Assembly (NCBI GenBank): GCA_030141605.1
Contig: JAQGDQ010000515.1
Span: 1 to 64,000, forward strand
Length of the DNA: 64,000 nt
Source: Tubiluchus corallicola
Taxonomy: Eukaryota > Animalia > Priapulida
Direction of reading: 5' to 3'
This document shows positions 24,434 through 56,468 of the stretch, piece after piece (the stretch's first letter is position 1; each line of letters opens with the position of its first letter). The translations under genes were made by a program, and so were the position numbers. The notes below the pieces were generated by a model. It was not told the DNA's origin and did no database searches. It saw nothing but the letters and a program-made list of their open reading frames with translations.

Positions 24434-25782
24434 TTCTTTTGCTAATGGAATTTTCTGACCTCTCTGCTGATCGAGAACTTGTATAAATGGATGGTGTAAC
24501 TACAGAAACAAGATGAAATATTATAAACTTTGCACTTTTTTTCAGTTTTTTGTCCTACAATCATTAAAGGTAATACAGTCATAATTTTATCATGTCAATG
24601 CTGCCTCGCCTTGTACAAACAACTAACTGTACACTCTCTGTGAACTCGGTTCATAAACTGCACCGACTAAGAAAAATAACTCTTCACTTTGTCCAGTCTA
24701 CATAGGTGAATAACTTGAAAACACAAGAAACTCTTCACTTACATAAAGCTCAAAAAATTGGTTTGAAATTTTATACCAATTACATACTGCCTCTTTGCAC
24801 ACAGGGCTTACGTCGGCAGTAATGCTGTATAAAAAAGTCAAACTCTGGCGATGACCGTTAGACGCAGCCATTTTAAAGACAAGTCATTTAAAACAAGTTT
24901 AGACAACACTGAATAAAGATGACAGCATTTGTAATTGTAAAGAAGAAGCTATTCAGTTGCAAATTTGTTGATCTAAGATCAAGAAATGATTTTATCAACT
25001 TAATTCATCTCATCTTTGACTTGGTAAGTGTCTTGTGTTTTTATATTTTAATTGTTGCATGTTAGTGTGGTCTACATGATATCAATACCAGCATAAATCT
25101 ATCTATCTATCATTGCCTCAGTGAAATACGTATCACGTCATCTATATTCCACAGAATTTAGTATCTGTGAAATGAAATGTCTGTCTAACTGGTGGGTATC
25201 CTTCTGTCTCAGAAGACAATGGAGTGTGCGCCAAGAGAGTCAGTTATTGATCACATTGATGGAGCTGCAGCGTTGACTGTGGCTGAGCAGTCCGATCCTT
25301 AAACCACTGGAGTGGTCTCTACAGGGCGCTTGCCTGGGCAAGGTGTATGGACAAACAGTTTAAACAATTACAATTACTATTAGAAACACTATTAACCTAG
25401 TTTCTACGTGGTCATTATAAATTACATGTACTTGCATAGCGCTTGTATTCGAACAGGTTGCGCAACTACTTGTTGTTTAATAACTTGCACCTGTTCGTTA
25501 TGTGGCACTTATATTAAAGCTATGCTCAGTAATAGTCTGTGTTATAAAATGCGCCTTTACTTGAATATCATAGTACACACATTTCCCGGGGAGAATAAGA
25601 ATTTTTTCTAAAATGTGACGCCCGTCAAACTATGGCACCTAGTCTATAGTCTATAACCTAGTTACGTTACTGGTTAATATGCATCGTATGTCTTAATTTA
25701 TTCAAATTTTATTTACGTGTGGAACAACTACCTGCAAACAGAGTGACACCTGGTATATATTTGTTTTTTTAAATAAAGAATT

Positions 25783-25900
<118 letters not shown>

Positions 25901-27311
25901 ACTTTTTCTTGGCGGTTTATATAAGAAGAAATCGAGCGCGAAGGTGCCATTTCTGAAGAAAACCTGGAGCTTGGTTTCACGTGGTTTTTTGTTCATCATT
26001 TATCGATAGATGGCGCCAGCAAAAGTTAGTTACGGCATTGTTTATGTTTGGTTACCAACTGTAACACTTCACTGTGTATCATTGTTTACAAATTCAGCAT
26101 TACAGAGACAACGCGGTATCCAAGGAAGCCGTTGTTAGCAAATTTGTTTTCTAGCTTACGGACTTTCCGAAGTTTCACGACCAAAACCGAACAAAAAAAT
26201 TTTGCGGGGAAATGCAACTTCGAGGACCGATATGATTAAGAATAAAACCGCGAAGTTTAACAAAATTAGTGTAAAATTTTAAGTTACGATCAACTCTTTT
26301 AAATAAAACATTATTTTTTTACGTTAAATTTGACCTTTAGCTCATAGATTTACTAATTAGGACATCACATCTGCCACTGACTGATATACTGCACTGTGCC
26401 GAACTGTTATACAATGATTATAATTATTATTTTCTTGTAATTAAGCGGATGCAAGGCACGGGAGATTTGCGAATACTACATGTTTGAACCAGTGATATTT
26501 GCATTACCGGTTCAACGGTTCAATTCAGTTGATCTTTTTCCCAGCCACGTCTGTCTGTTGGTTCGCCTGTCTCAGACAGGCTGTCTGATTATACTATTTC
26601 TCAAATGTTGCAATTCAAACCAAACTTGCAGCACAGGGGCTCCGCGTGCTATTTCTGCAGTAAAAAATTGTAACCATGGTGATTGACAGTTGCATAGCAA
26701 CGGCCAAAAAACTTCTAAAATAACACCAATAAAAACAAGTTTTTAGCATTTAAATGTGAAAACTTTTTAGTATACTTATCTTAGCCTAAGTAATTTAGCT
26801 TTGGTAGGTTCAGTAGTTAGTTAGTCATTCTTCCAGGTCCCGTTTTAGTGACAAACGCTAAGTTACAGTTTCATGAACCGGTATTAGCTCAAATGGAATG
26901 AGAGGCGACGCATTCAAGCTTCCGCTTAATGCTGCCAGGTCAGAATTTGATTTCTCCTGAAGAAATCTTTTCCTGTCGACAACAGCAGCAGCGGAAAAGG
27001 CGAAAACTTGGCCCGAGTGCCAGAGGGCTTGCAGTTGGCGAACACTAGTTAAAACGAACGTCACATATCTCACTACGTGTATTTTGCATAACGATGATGG
27101 TTGCCATGGCAACAAAGATGAAAAATGTAGAAATAACATTTCTATTTTTACATAAAAACTACAATAAACTGTTTCGTGTTGAAATTTAATAACAAAAATT
27201 GAAAATATGACATGTTCACAACATACAGTAGAGTCAACGTAAACGCATAAGTGGACCCATTAGGGTCCAAGACCAACAATGAATTCAACAAATAATTTTC
27301 CGCATGCACAA

Positions 27312-44383
<17,072 letters not shown>

Positions 44384-45236
44384 AATGCTACGTGTTAACA
44401 AGTACTTCCGCCACGTGCTGGGTTTCCATTGTTGAAAATTCTCCAATTCTTAACACATAAAAATAGAAAAGCAAAATAAATCCCTAAAAATAAACTAGAA
44501 TAACCATCTTTCTCTTGTCAATAAAAATATTCTTTAAAAAATACCTCTACTTTACAATTTATTGCAAGACAGATTAGCACAACACAAGCAAAGAGCAAAA
44601 ACAGTTATTTTACCGAAACTTGAGCATCCCTAAGCTGCAGAAAATACTAGCATCCCTACATACTTGTACACTAAACATACGTTACTGCATATGTCGTCAG
44701 TTCTCATGAGATCAGTCTTTCATACTAAATTATCATTGAAGTTTGGATATAAACAACTTTTACTGAATTCTTCACATTGTTACTCAGGCAAATACATTGT
44801 TTAGGTAGCTGTATTTCTTATAGGTAACCTACATTTTTGGTTCACTAAAAACCCTCTTAATAAAAATAGGCCCATAGTATTGATGAAATAGTACGTTGGC
44901 CAGTTAAGGGACAGTAAAAAAATTAAGTCCAAATTTCGTCTTAGGAACTCGAAATTTCGACTTGATAACTAGAAATTTCGACTCAGAAACTCGAAATTTC
45001 GGTTTAATAACAAGAAATTTCGACTTAATAATTAGAAATTTCGACTTAGTAACTCGAAATCAAAATTCCGACTTAGTAACTGGAAATTTCGACTTGGTAT
45101 ATCGAAATTTTGAGCTAATACATCTACTTTTTTATTTTTACTATGTCCCTAACAAAACACCGTTAAATAGCACTGGTTACATTCCTATTTTTGCACGTAG
45201 TTGGTACAATTACTACTGAGAAACCTATTTGATTTA

Positions 45237-47432
45237 GGGTACGTTCAGACTACCAAGTTTTCTGCCGCGAGTTTTCTCTCTGACGGCTAGCTCTCAAGTG
45301 TGAATATCTTGCCAGTTACTGTCGGTAAGTTATTGCAAACTCTCCGATGATTGCTGCGAGTTGTTTTCCTGTGAGTTACTGTCTCGTGTGAATGCAACGG
45401 CGAGTTACTCTCGACACTTCGTGCAGTGAAGAGAGAAGTGAGTGTCAGCTCGCGCTTAAGCCAATGAACACGTGATCAGAATACGGAGTGGTGAATGAAT
45501 ATGTCGGCCTTAGAAGAGCAAGAGTCAACTTTCAAATATAAATGCTGTTCTAGAGTCTAGACAACCAGAAAGACAATCAGAATACGGAGTGGTGTGAATG
45601 AATATGTCAGCCTTAGAACAGCAAGAGTCAACTTTCAAGTATAAATGCTGTTTTAGAGTGTAGACAACCAGAAAGACAATCAGAATACGGAGTGGTGTGA
45701 ATGAATATGTCAGCCTTAGAAGAGCAAGAGTCAACTTTCAAATATAAATGCTGTTCTAGAGTCTAGACAACCAGAAAAACAACCAGAATACGGAGTGGTG
45801 AATGAATATGTCGGCCTTAGAAGAGCAAGAGTCAACTTTCAAGTATAAATGCTGTTCTAGAGTCTAGACAACCAGAAAAACAACCAGAATACGGAGTGGT
45901 GAATGAATATGTCAGCCTTAGAAGAGCAAGAGTCAACTTTCAAATATAAATGCTGTACTAGAGTCTAGACAACCAGAAAAACAATCAGAATACGGAGTGG
46001 TGAATGAATATGTCAGCTTTAGAAGAGCAAGAGTCAACTTTCAAGTATAAATGCTGTACTAGAGTCTAGACAAATAGAAAAACAATCAGAATATGGAGTG
46101 GTGAATGAATATGTCAGCTTCAGAAGAGCAACAGTCAAGTTGCAAATATAAATGCTGTACTAGAGTCTAGACAACCAGAAAAACAATCAGAATATGGAGT
46201 GGTGAATGAATATGTCAGCCTCAGAAAAGCAAGAGTGAACTTTCAAGTATAAATGCTGTACTGGAGTCTAGACAACCAGAAAAACAATCAGAATACGGAG
46301 TGGTGAATGAATATGTCAGCCTCAGAAGAGCAAGAGTGAACTTTCAAATATAAATGCTGTACTAGAGTCTAGACAACCAGAAAAACAATCAGAATACGGA
46401 GTGGTGAATGAATATGTCAGCCTTAGAAGAGCAAGAGTCAACTTTCAAATATAAATGCTGTACTAGAGTCTAGACAACCAGAAAAACAATCAGAATACGG
46501 AGTGGTGTGAATGAATATGTCAGCCTTAGAAGAGCAAGAGTCAACTTTCAAATATAAATGCTGTACTAGAGTCTAGACAACCAGAAAAACAATCAGAATA
46601 CGGAATGGCGAATGAATATGTCAGCCTCAGAAGAGCAAGAGTCAACTTTCAAATATAAATGCTGTACTAGAGTCTAGACAACCAGAAAAACAATCAGAAT
46701 AGGGAGTGGTGAATGAATATGTCCGCCTTAGAAGAGCAAGAGTAAACTTTCAAATATAAATGCTGTACTAGAGTCTAGACAACCAGAAAAACAATCAGAA
46801 TAGGGAGTGGTGTGAATGAATATGTCAACCTTAGAAGAGCAAGAGTCAACTTTCAAATATAAATGCTGTACTAGAGTCTAGACAACCAGAAAAACAATCA
46901 GAATACGGAATGGTGAATGAATTTATAGAACTGACTGAAGAACAGGCAGCATGTATATGGGATTATACAGATCTTGCATATAAAGATCTCAATGGCAAAA
47001 GTCTTGCTTGGGAGCACATTGTTAAAACAACAATTTTTAATATAACAGCAATATATCTATAAGTCTTATTTCATGCTGTAGTGATAGGAAATTTGAGCTT
47101 AATGATGCAATAATCTCCTGAATAATTGATTACAGGCTCTTATATTCAGCATTAAAACATCCTATTCATAAGTATTAAAACTAAAAAGCGATGAAATTTT
47201 TGGTTGTACAGCCGCCATTAACGCCGCGTTTCCTTTTGTACAGACGCTCCTGTATCAGATCTTTCGACATCCGCTGAACGGGAACTGGCGGGCGGCGAGT
47301 AACGTACGGTCATCTGGCTTTCCTGTCGGGAATATCAAGTTTTGCTCTCTAATCTGAACACGCTTGCGAGTTACTTGGCGAGTTACTCAGCGTGTTTGTT
47401 TGGCGAGAAGACTAGCTAGTGTGAACGCGCCT
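45237..47432. mobile_element. PIF/Harbinger-like non-autonomous element enclosing a satellite array
   Basis: TTA + GGGTACGTTCAGACTA ... TAGTGTGAACGCGCCT imperfect TIRs (12/16 by eye); subterminal gcgagttact repeats at both ends. Confidence 0.55.
45477..46922. repeat. ~101-103-bp tandem satellite, about 14 copies
   Basis: Unit cagaatacggagtggtgaatgaatatgtcagccttagaagagcaagagtcaactttcaaatataaatgctgtactagagtctagacaaccagaaaaacaat. Confidence 0.95.
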
Positions 47433-47583
47433 TTGGACTACGATAATGTTATTCTGACATTCGTGTGAAGCAGGCAGTAGGGCCTAATATTTCATCTAAA
47501 TCCACCGGTTATTCGTATTGACATTCGTGCAACCGAAAAATATTTCGTAAAAATACACTAGTCATTCATACTAACAATTGTGC

Positions 47584-47958
47584 ACACGTATCTCTCTAAT
47601 TAACAACACGTATCTCTCTAATTAAAAACACGTACCTCTCTAATTAAAAACATTATTAACTCTAATTAACAACACATATCTCTTTAATTAGCAACATGTA
47701 TCCTTCTAGTTAACAACACGTATCTCTCTGATTAACAACACGTATCTCTCTAATTAACAAGATGTACAACTCTAATTAACAACATGTATCTTTCTAATTA
47801 ACAACACGTATTTCTTTAATTAACAACATGCATCCCTTTAATTAACAACACGTGTTTCTTTAATTAACAACATGCATCCCTTTAATTAACAACACGTATC
47901 TCTCTAATTAACAACACGTATCTATCAAATTAACAACACGTATATCTCTAATTAACAA
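47584..47958. repeat. 22-bp minisatellite, about 17 copies
   Basis: Unit aattaacaacacgtatctctct. Confidence 0.92.
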
Positions 47959-48479
47959 ATTCACCTGTAGACTTACATTATTGAAAACAAACAGGTGCAC
48001 ATTGTACATGTCAAGAAAGCTTACCTATTAAATTCTGACTATCTGTTTTTCACATGTTTAATTCAGTATTTCACTAACCATTAACACAAGTATTTTATCA
48101 ACACTCTCACTGAAGCCACTTTCTCCATTAAAATGCACTATAGAAAACGAAGCCCACACAAGTGTACTATTGTACCTGTCAGGAACGCTCACCTGTTAAT
48201 TTGATTCTCAGAGCAACGCGTCAGCTGCCTCCTAGGCAACACAACACAGACCTAGAACAGCTAGTGTAAATCAATGAGACATACAAACGTTTTATTGACG
48301 AAAGGCGTACAGGTAAAAATAGCGCAGGTAAAAACTGTAAATGTAAAATTGCACAGGTAAAATCTATGCCAAATAAGGCATTTGTCTTCTGCTGATTATC
48401 ATCATTTAATCATAGTATGCCAAGTCAATGGAAACTTCTGACATTCTTACGACGTCGTGTCTTTGGTATTTTGGCTTAA

Positions 48480-49335
48480 AGGAAAACCGGACGCAATCTT
48501 AAACTGTAGGTCAAAACAATCTACTCTTCAAAATACTAAAAGGAAACTTACTATTTTTTCAAAAATGACTCACGTGAAAGAATTATTATCACATAAACAC
48601 AATTTCAAATTTGCGCCACTAGTTCTTCGCTGTTACAGGCATTTCTCCATTTGCTGGTTAGACGGGCACTAGCGTCTACATTTCGGAAATCCATTGCTCA
48701 AAAAACAGGTTATGGTTCTCAATTCAAATATGTTAGTTTCTGATGAACTACATACATTCGACCAGGGCGTATTTCAAGGGGGGGGGAGTGGGGATACTTC
48801 CCCGGGGCCTCACCCTCCAGGGGGCCTCGCGCCAAGGAAACATTATTTTTTTTGCTTCATACGAACATACTGTATAACTCCATATTTTCTCTTCGAAAAT
48901 GCTTCTCCGGCGTTCTAGCAGTTCAAAAATTTTCTGGGCGCCCCGGCGCTTCGCCCCCCCCCAAGGAGCCCTCACACACCCCACTTCCCCGGGCCGTGCT
49001 TAGGCTGAAATAGGCCCTGCATTCGACTGGTAATACGTAAGCACAGCGGTAAATTTGAAATTTGGATTTTTATCTTAAAACTTGCCTAGTTTCAGTACAA
49101 CACACTGAATATCTTACAGTAGCACTGCACTTCAGTATTCACTTTCACGAACACGTGCAACAAGCTCGTGAAATATTTTTGCTGTTTAAATTGTGACGTC
49201 ATTAATAGTTGGGCTTGCCCACCATTAATTAAGTTTTTATTTATATTATTTAATATTAAAAAACGCTTTTGCACTATTAATCGTGTTAAAATGTAGACAT
49301 GAAAATGGGGCAGTATATGAAAAATCGTCCTGTCA
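48480..49335 (+). mobile_element. Kolobok-like MITE family A copy interrupted by a hAT MITE
   Basis: TTAA-AGGAAAACCGGAC start; colinear with 30742-31371 on both sides of the insertion. Confidence 0.75.
48763..49019 (+). mobile_element. hAT-like MITE, complete, 257 bp
   Basis: Perfect 8-bp TSD CATTCGAC (48755-48762, 49020-49027); TIR CAGGGCGTATTTCA / TGAAATAGGCCCTG. Confidence 0.9.
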
Positions 49336-50509
49336 GCAAATAGGTCAGTGACCACCAAGTAAAGAGGACATCTGTACCGTTTAAAAGTGGCTGCGAAACA
49401 CCTGTTGATCCAGTGTCTCATCTGAGATGATCATGCTTCATATTGAGATAAATACCAGTCTTACCACAGCCGTCTGGGTTGAGTAATTCTGCTGAAACGG
49501 TCTTGAATCCGCTCCGTGAGAGCTTTTCGTGATTAATCTCACCTTATAAAGTTCGGAAATGTACAAGAAAAATAAATTCTTTTCATAACCAGACAAAACT
49601 AGTCTAGGTTTACCTGAAACCAACCTTTCTTCGAGGAGGACCGAGTTGCGCCTGAGTCCGCCATTCCTGGATCCGCCCACACCTTTTCTCTATGACAGTC
49701 GAACACAAACAATTTTCTGCTAACCCTAATTCATTACGGTTTAATAGAAGTGTCAAAAATGAGTAACAACATTCTGTTTTCCACGAGGCAGAGAAAAAAT
49801 TGAAGGAGGTTGGCTCATGTCCTCACATTTTGGGGTGCAATAAAAGAAATATGTTTAGAAAGATGCAGAAAAACATTAAGAAAGACGAAGTGAAAGACAA
49901 CAAACTAAAACACGTGCACAGAGCGTCTTGAACGTGAACGAAATTTGAAAAAAAGAAAGTTAAATTAATCATTGTGTGAGATTTCGTCACAATTAAAAAC
50001 GCAGGTCTGTCACACTGAGGTGTTCCAAAGGCAACAGGGGCATGAAGAATTCTAATGATCAATGATGATGATGTTAAAGGACAAGAAAAGAAGTATCTCA
50101 AGTAGGTTTCAAAAAAATTGCCTTAAAACTTACATTGCTTTATGGCAATTTTATGCACATATCGTACTCGCGTTAAAAGAAATTTTAGTTTGTTTTCATT
50201 TTGAATCTCCCGCATTAATGTTCCGACGGCGCCATTACATGACGTCACTTATGCAAACGTAAATCACGGGAAGAAGAAGAAATGTTAAATTACGACCCAA
50301 AAACTTTCCGTGCAAATCTATATTACTTAGCATTTCGCTTACCTGCTGGAAAGACTTAAGTAACTAGAGTAATAATTTAAAACGTTCGTGTCAAGTGGTA
50401 AAATGTCGCTGACTCACCCTCCAGGGTGCGCCACTCACTAGCCGAAAACGTATTTTTAATCTTATTGACAAGATACAGTAATTTAAAATTTTACTTAATT
50501 AGTAACATG

Positions 50510-50654
<145 letters not shown>

Positions 50655-50910
50655 AAGACAGAGAGGAGGGAGTGGGGCGGGAACGAGTAGGATGGAAGGA
50701 AGATGAGGGAGGAGTGGAAGAAACAGGCAGAGAGAAAGGCTGGGAACTAGGGAAGCCAAAGAAGCCAGTAGCAACCTAACAGTGAGGAAGCCGGAATGCA
50801 ACTAGAATGTTGAGATATGATGACAAAACACAGCAGAGAAGAAAGAGCTGGACTCAATATCCATCCTATATTAGGTTGTTGAACGTTGAACAAATTATGT
50901 TGACATTTAA

Positions 50911-51670
50911 TAGTAAGTAAATGTAATTACTTTATTACTTCATTTTACTTCATAAAGTAAGTAACTGTAATTACTTCATTTTACTTCAAAAAGTAAGTAA
51001 CTGTAATTACTTTATTACTTCATTTTACTTCATAAAGTAAGTAACTGTAATTACTTTATTACTTCATAAAGTAACTGTAATTACTTTATTACTTCATTTT
51101 ACTTCAAAAAGTAAGTAACTGTAATTACTTTATTACTTCATTTTACTTCAAAAAGTAAGTAACTGTAATTACTTTATTACTTCATTTTACTTCATAAACT
51201 AAGTAACAATAATTACTTTATTACTTCATTTTACTTCTTTACTTCATAAACTAAGTAACTGTAATTACTTTATTACTTCATTTTACTTCATAAAGTAACT
51301 GTAATTACTTTATTACTTCATTTTACTTCATAAAGTAACTGTAATTACTTTATTACTTCATTTTACTTCATAAAGTAACTGTAATTACTTTATTACTTCT
51401 TAAACTAAGTAACTGTAATTACTTTATTACTTCATTTTACTTCATAAAGTAACTGTAATTACTTTATTACTTCATTTTACTTCACAAAGTAACTGTAATT
51501 ACATTATTACTTCATAAAATAAGTAACTGTAATTACTTTATTACTTCATAAAGTAAGTAACTGTAATTACTTTATTACTTTATAAACTAAGTAACTGTAA
51601 TTACTTTATTACTTCATTTTACTTCATAAAGTAAGAAACTGCAATTACTTTATTACTTCAATTTACTTAC
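50911..51670. repeat. AT-rich ~30-45-bp minisatellite
   Basis: Unit aaagtaagtaactgtaattactttattacttcattttacttcat with internal deletions. Confidence 0.9.
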
Positions 51671-52094
51671 TTTGGTTACAAACAAGAATGAATATAAAAA
51701 ACTAGACAGGCTTAGAAGAGGCACGAATTTTAACAAATAATTTCCACTTTTCTTCTGTACAATTCAACACATTCCAAACTGGAACCCAGCATCCAATACC
51801 AGGACCTACTCTTTGTGGCAAGACTGGAACGTAGCTCTTTGTCAGGGGCAACTCTCTACAATGTGAGCGGCTGAACTGAACAGAGGTGTTTTAGCTGCAC
51901 TCGGATGTGACTGAATCCTTTATCAACGAAGTAAACAAACAGAATCAGCATGGCGAATGAAATCTCCGACAGTGGGTATTGAACCCAGACAGTTAGAAGC
52001 CATTCGTTGAACAGCCTCTGCATAGTATTAATTCCGTCATGAAGCAAATGTTTGTGGAAATGCAGTCGTTTATTGAAGCTTGGCTATGATGGCG

Positions 52095-52160
52095 ATTATT
52101 ATTATTACTATTATTATTATTATATCACCATTATTATTATTATTATCATCATCATCATCA

Positions 52161-52191
<31 letters not shown>

Positions 52192-52909
52192 TATTATTAT
52201 TATATCACCATTATTATTATTATTATATCACCATTATTATTATTATTATTATCATTATTATTATTATTATTATTATTATCATTATTATTATTATTATTAC
52301 TATTATTATTATTATTATATCACCATTATTATTATTATTATTATCATTATTATTATTATTATATCACCATTATTATTATTATTATTATTATTATAATTAC
52401 CATAAGTATTATTATGATGATGATAATCATTATTATTATTAACATTATTATTATTGCCATGAGTATTATTATTATTATTATCATTATTACTATTATTATT
52501 ATTATTACTATTATTATTATATCACCATTATTATTATTATTATCATCATCATCATCATCATTATTATTATTATTATTATTATTACTATTATTATTATTAT
52601 ATCACCATTATTATTATATCACCATTATTATTATTATTATTATTATTATCATTATTATTATTATTATATATTATTATTATTATTATTATTATTATTATCA
52701 TTATTATTATTATTATTACTATTATTATTATTATATCACCATTATTATTATTATTATTATCATTATTATTATTATTATATCACCATTATTATTATTATTA
52801 TTATTATTATAATTACCATAAGTATTATTATGATGATGATGATAATCATTATTATTATTAACATTATTATTATTGCCATGAGTATTATTATTATTATTAT
52901 CATTATTAC

Positions 52910-52954
<45 letters not shown>

Positions 52955-52960
52955 TACTAC
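52095..52960. repeat. (ATT)n compound microsatellite with a higher-order internal duplication
   Basis: The block ataattaccataagtattattatgatgat...aacattattattattgccatgagt appears at ~52393 and ~52809. Confidence 0.9.
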
Positions 52961-53665
52961 CAGAACTATTATGATAAATTTATAATTAGTTTTTATACAC
53001 TTTATTACTTGATTAATGCAAATATGAGCTACAGTGAACAGAACAAGAGATGCGTAACATTTTTAGATACTCGCCCTTGTACTATCTTATAAACTATTGA
53101 ATGAAAAAACAAACAAATATTTAAATAATAATCAACAACGTGCTATTCAATTTTATTGAATATACGTGCACACTATTCACTAGTCACTTTCAAAGCAATT
53201 CACAGCAACAATAGCAATAATTAGAACTACAAAGGAGCACACATCTACATATATATATATACACACACACGCACGCATGCACGCACACACACACACATAC
53301 ATACATATATATACAATATAGACATCTTGTTTTGCCAAACATTATAACTGGGTTTGAATGCATTTAACAATTAAAATTAGGCTAAAACAGAAAGCAAAAA
53401 ACATAGGGACTAGACTGCTTGACTAGCAGGACTACTACGCCATTCGAGTGATCGAGAAAAAACTTTTGAAAACGCTTCACACATCACTCCAATGTGCACA
53501 TGTCCTTTTTACGTTTCGGGTCGGCAACTTTAACAAACCCAGAGCACTTCGACACGCTTTTCGCAATGAAAAGCACAAAGGAATTCATAGCTTGATGAAA
53601 CCTGATTATCGCCTGCCGAATGCAGCTCACGTGATTGAACTAACATGTTGGCGGAAAAACTTACA

Positions 53666-54181
53666 AGGAAAACCGGACGACTGTTTATAATTTACTAACC
53701 AAAATATACATTTTCTTGCCTATAAAAGTTAGGAATTGGTTTTTGTATTTTAATAATTAGCTTAGAAAATTAATTAACGCTAAATGAACACAGCTATTGC
53801 TTACGTCAGAAACTAACCACAGTTTGTGCAATGGCAGGCATCTTCCCTCACGCAACAGACAAATTGAGTAAGTGCTACTGCTTAAACGCGTTATGTCACA
53901 AAAATGGGCTGCATGTCACATGACGTCAGAAACTAACACTGCAGTTCACGATCATGATTGTCACGGTACCACCTTCTATTTGTCGCCCATACGAACGTGA
54001 CAAAAAAGTGCTGCTGCCAATCTCAGTAGATTCACTTCACTTGAAAGCTCAACGAAATTTGAGTATCCGGGGTAATTATTATTTAATCTAAGCTTTGATT
54101 TAAAATAAGCTATTGTAGTTTTCAATTTTTTAGAGCATTCTCTATTTTGAAGTAATGTTTACACAATCGTCAGGTTTTCCC
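53666..54181. mobile_element. Kolobok-like MITE family B
   Basis: TIR AGGAAAACCGGACGACTGT / ACAATCGTCAGGTTTTCCC followed by TTAA; inverted homologous fragment at ~43070-43270. Confidence 0.6.
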
Positions 54182-54419
54182 TTAAAAGTATACTAATTTC
54201 TGTTACAGTGTAACATGCTTGCACACAAACTGCTAGGGACCCAGCAAAATATGACTAGATAACTCTATAAGCATTTTAGAGATATGTATGTGACTACTAA
54301 ATGGTCAAGTACACATTAGTAATAGAAGTGTGTATGTAATGTAAAGGATGTACATCATAGAGGATGTAAGGTACTTTCTTAAGATACTGACAAGTGTCAA
54401 CTACTTTGAAGTATGTTAA

Positions 54420-54966
54420 AGCAAAACCGGACCCAATGTTAAACTATAGATCAAAAAAATTTACTTTTTGAAACATTGAAACAAAACTTACTGCTTTTAT
54501 AAGAATGCCTTACATGAGAGAATTATTACCACACAACCACAATTTCACGTTCCCGCCATTAGTTCTTCACTGTTACATACATTACATGTTACTGCCCAGC
54601 TCAGATGTGTTAGTTTGTGATAAACTACACACGTTCGACAGCTCATGCGTGAACACAGCAGTAAATTAGAAATTGAATTTTTAACTTAAAACTTACCTAG
54701 TTTTAGTACAACACTGAATGTCTTAAAGTAGCACTGTACTTCAATTTTTGCTTTCACAAACGTGTGCAACAAGCTCGTGAAATATTTACCTGTTAAAAAT
54801 TGTTAGTTTGTGATGTCATCAATAGTTGGGCTTGCCCGTCGACAATTAAGATTTTAATCTATTATCTAATTATCAGAAATGTTTTTGCAGGATTATATGT
54901 GTTAAAATTTATACTTTCATTGGACTTGAAAATGGGGTAGTGTATGAAAAGTAATCCTGTCTTCCT
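54420..54966 (+). mobile_element. Kolobok-like MITE family A, complete copy
   Basis: TTAA-AGCAAAACCGGAC ... TCCTGTCTTCCT-TTAA. Confidence 0.8.
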
Positions 54967-55604
54967 TTAAAGAAAAACAGGAAGATTTTATGTGACTTTA
55001 ATATTAAACTACAAAATTATCGAATGCGTGACATTCTCAGATGTACTTCACGTAACATGATCGGTAAAGTAAATAATTTTCAAAAATGTCAGTAAATTTC
55101 GTTTTCACAAAACTTCTGCTTGTTCCTCGTAGAAAAAGTTTTCGCAAAATTTCAGCAAACTAACTGCAGTAACGTTCATCGCTTGAAGCATCTCAGCAGT
55201 GATGCAAACGTGAAACAGATGAGTGCGAAGTTACTGAGCGACTCATTGTTTTTGTAGTAGACAAAGTGACCTTTCCACATGACATCATAACAACTCAGCA
55301 TGCCGCTTGCCCTACAAATGTTTTGCATCACCAAGAATGACGGGTTAAATTTAACTACAGGTTAATTTTGAAACAGCTGGCAAAGGTAAAAACTTAAAAA
55401 TACATAGTACTAATACAGGCAACGGGGTCTAACAAACAGTCCTCAATATGCAATAACCATGCACCCTGTATTCAAAGTTATTATACTGGTCAAATGCATG
55501 ATATAAGTTCATTGTTTCTTGTGAGTTTCCATTACTGGTGTATATCCAATAAACCATTTTTGCTATAAAGATCTTATATTGTAGCTTTTACTTGAATAAA
55601 ATAA

Positions 55605-56279
55605 AGGAAAACTCAACAGTTTTTCATATAAGCTATCCCATTTTCAAGCAAGAAAAAATCTATATTTTAACACAAGCTGCATTATACTGCAAAATGTTTA
55701 ACAGTATACTGCAAAAGTGTTTCTGATAGTTAAATAATAGATTAAAAACTTAATTAACGGCAGGAGCGACCAATTATTGATGACATCACAAACTAACGAA
55801 ATTTTCAACAGGAAAAATATTTAATGAGCTTGTTACACGTGTTTGCGAAAGCGAAAATTGAAATACAGTGCTACTGTAAGTTCGGTATGTTCGGTACATA
55901 TTCGGTATGTTGTACTAAAACTAGGCAAGTTTTAGGAAAAAAATTCAAATCTCAAATTTACCGCTGTGATCAATTTATCGCCATGATCAAACAGTCAAAT
56001 GTGAGCAGTTCATCACAAACTAAGACATCTAAACTGAGAGATACATCACCTGTTTTTGTGCAATGTATTTCTGAAATGCCGGCACTAGTGCCCGTCTAAT
56101 TAGCGAATGGTGAAGTGCACGTAACGGCGAAGAACTAGTGACACAAACGTGAAATTGTGTAGGTGTGGTAATAATTCTTTCACGGAAGTCATTTCTGAAA
56201 AAATAGTATGTTTCCTTTCAATATTTTAAAGAGTAGATTGTTTTGATCTACAGTCTTAAAGACTGGGTCCGGTTTTGCC
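55605..56279 (-). mobile_element. Kolobok-like MITE family A copy, inverted relative to 54420-54966
   Basis: Reverse-complement homology ending gggtccggttttgc. Confidence 0.75.
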
Positions 56280-56468
56280 TCAATGCAACACAGAAGACAT
56301 ATACAGAGTAAGCAATAAAACCATACATTATGCACAACACGGAGCCATCTACTGACAAGAAAAGGCAAGTATCACAAGTGGGAACTCTTTAAAGTAAAGA
56401 CAAACTACGTGTTTTGGCATCATTAGAAGCACCAGATTACAACCAGTCTATCAATCTATTCCTCAAGA

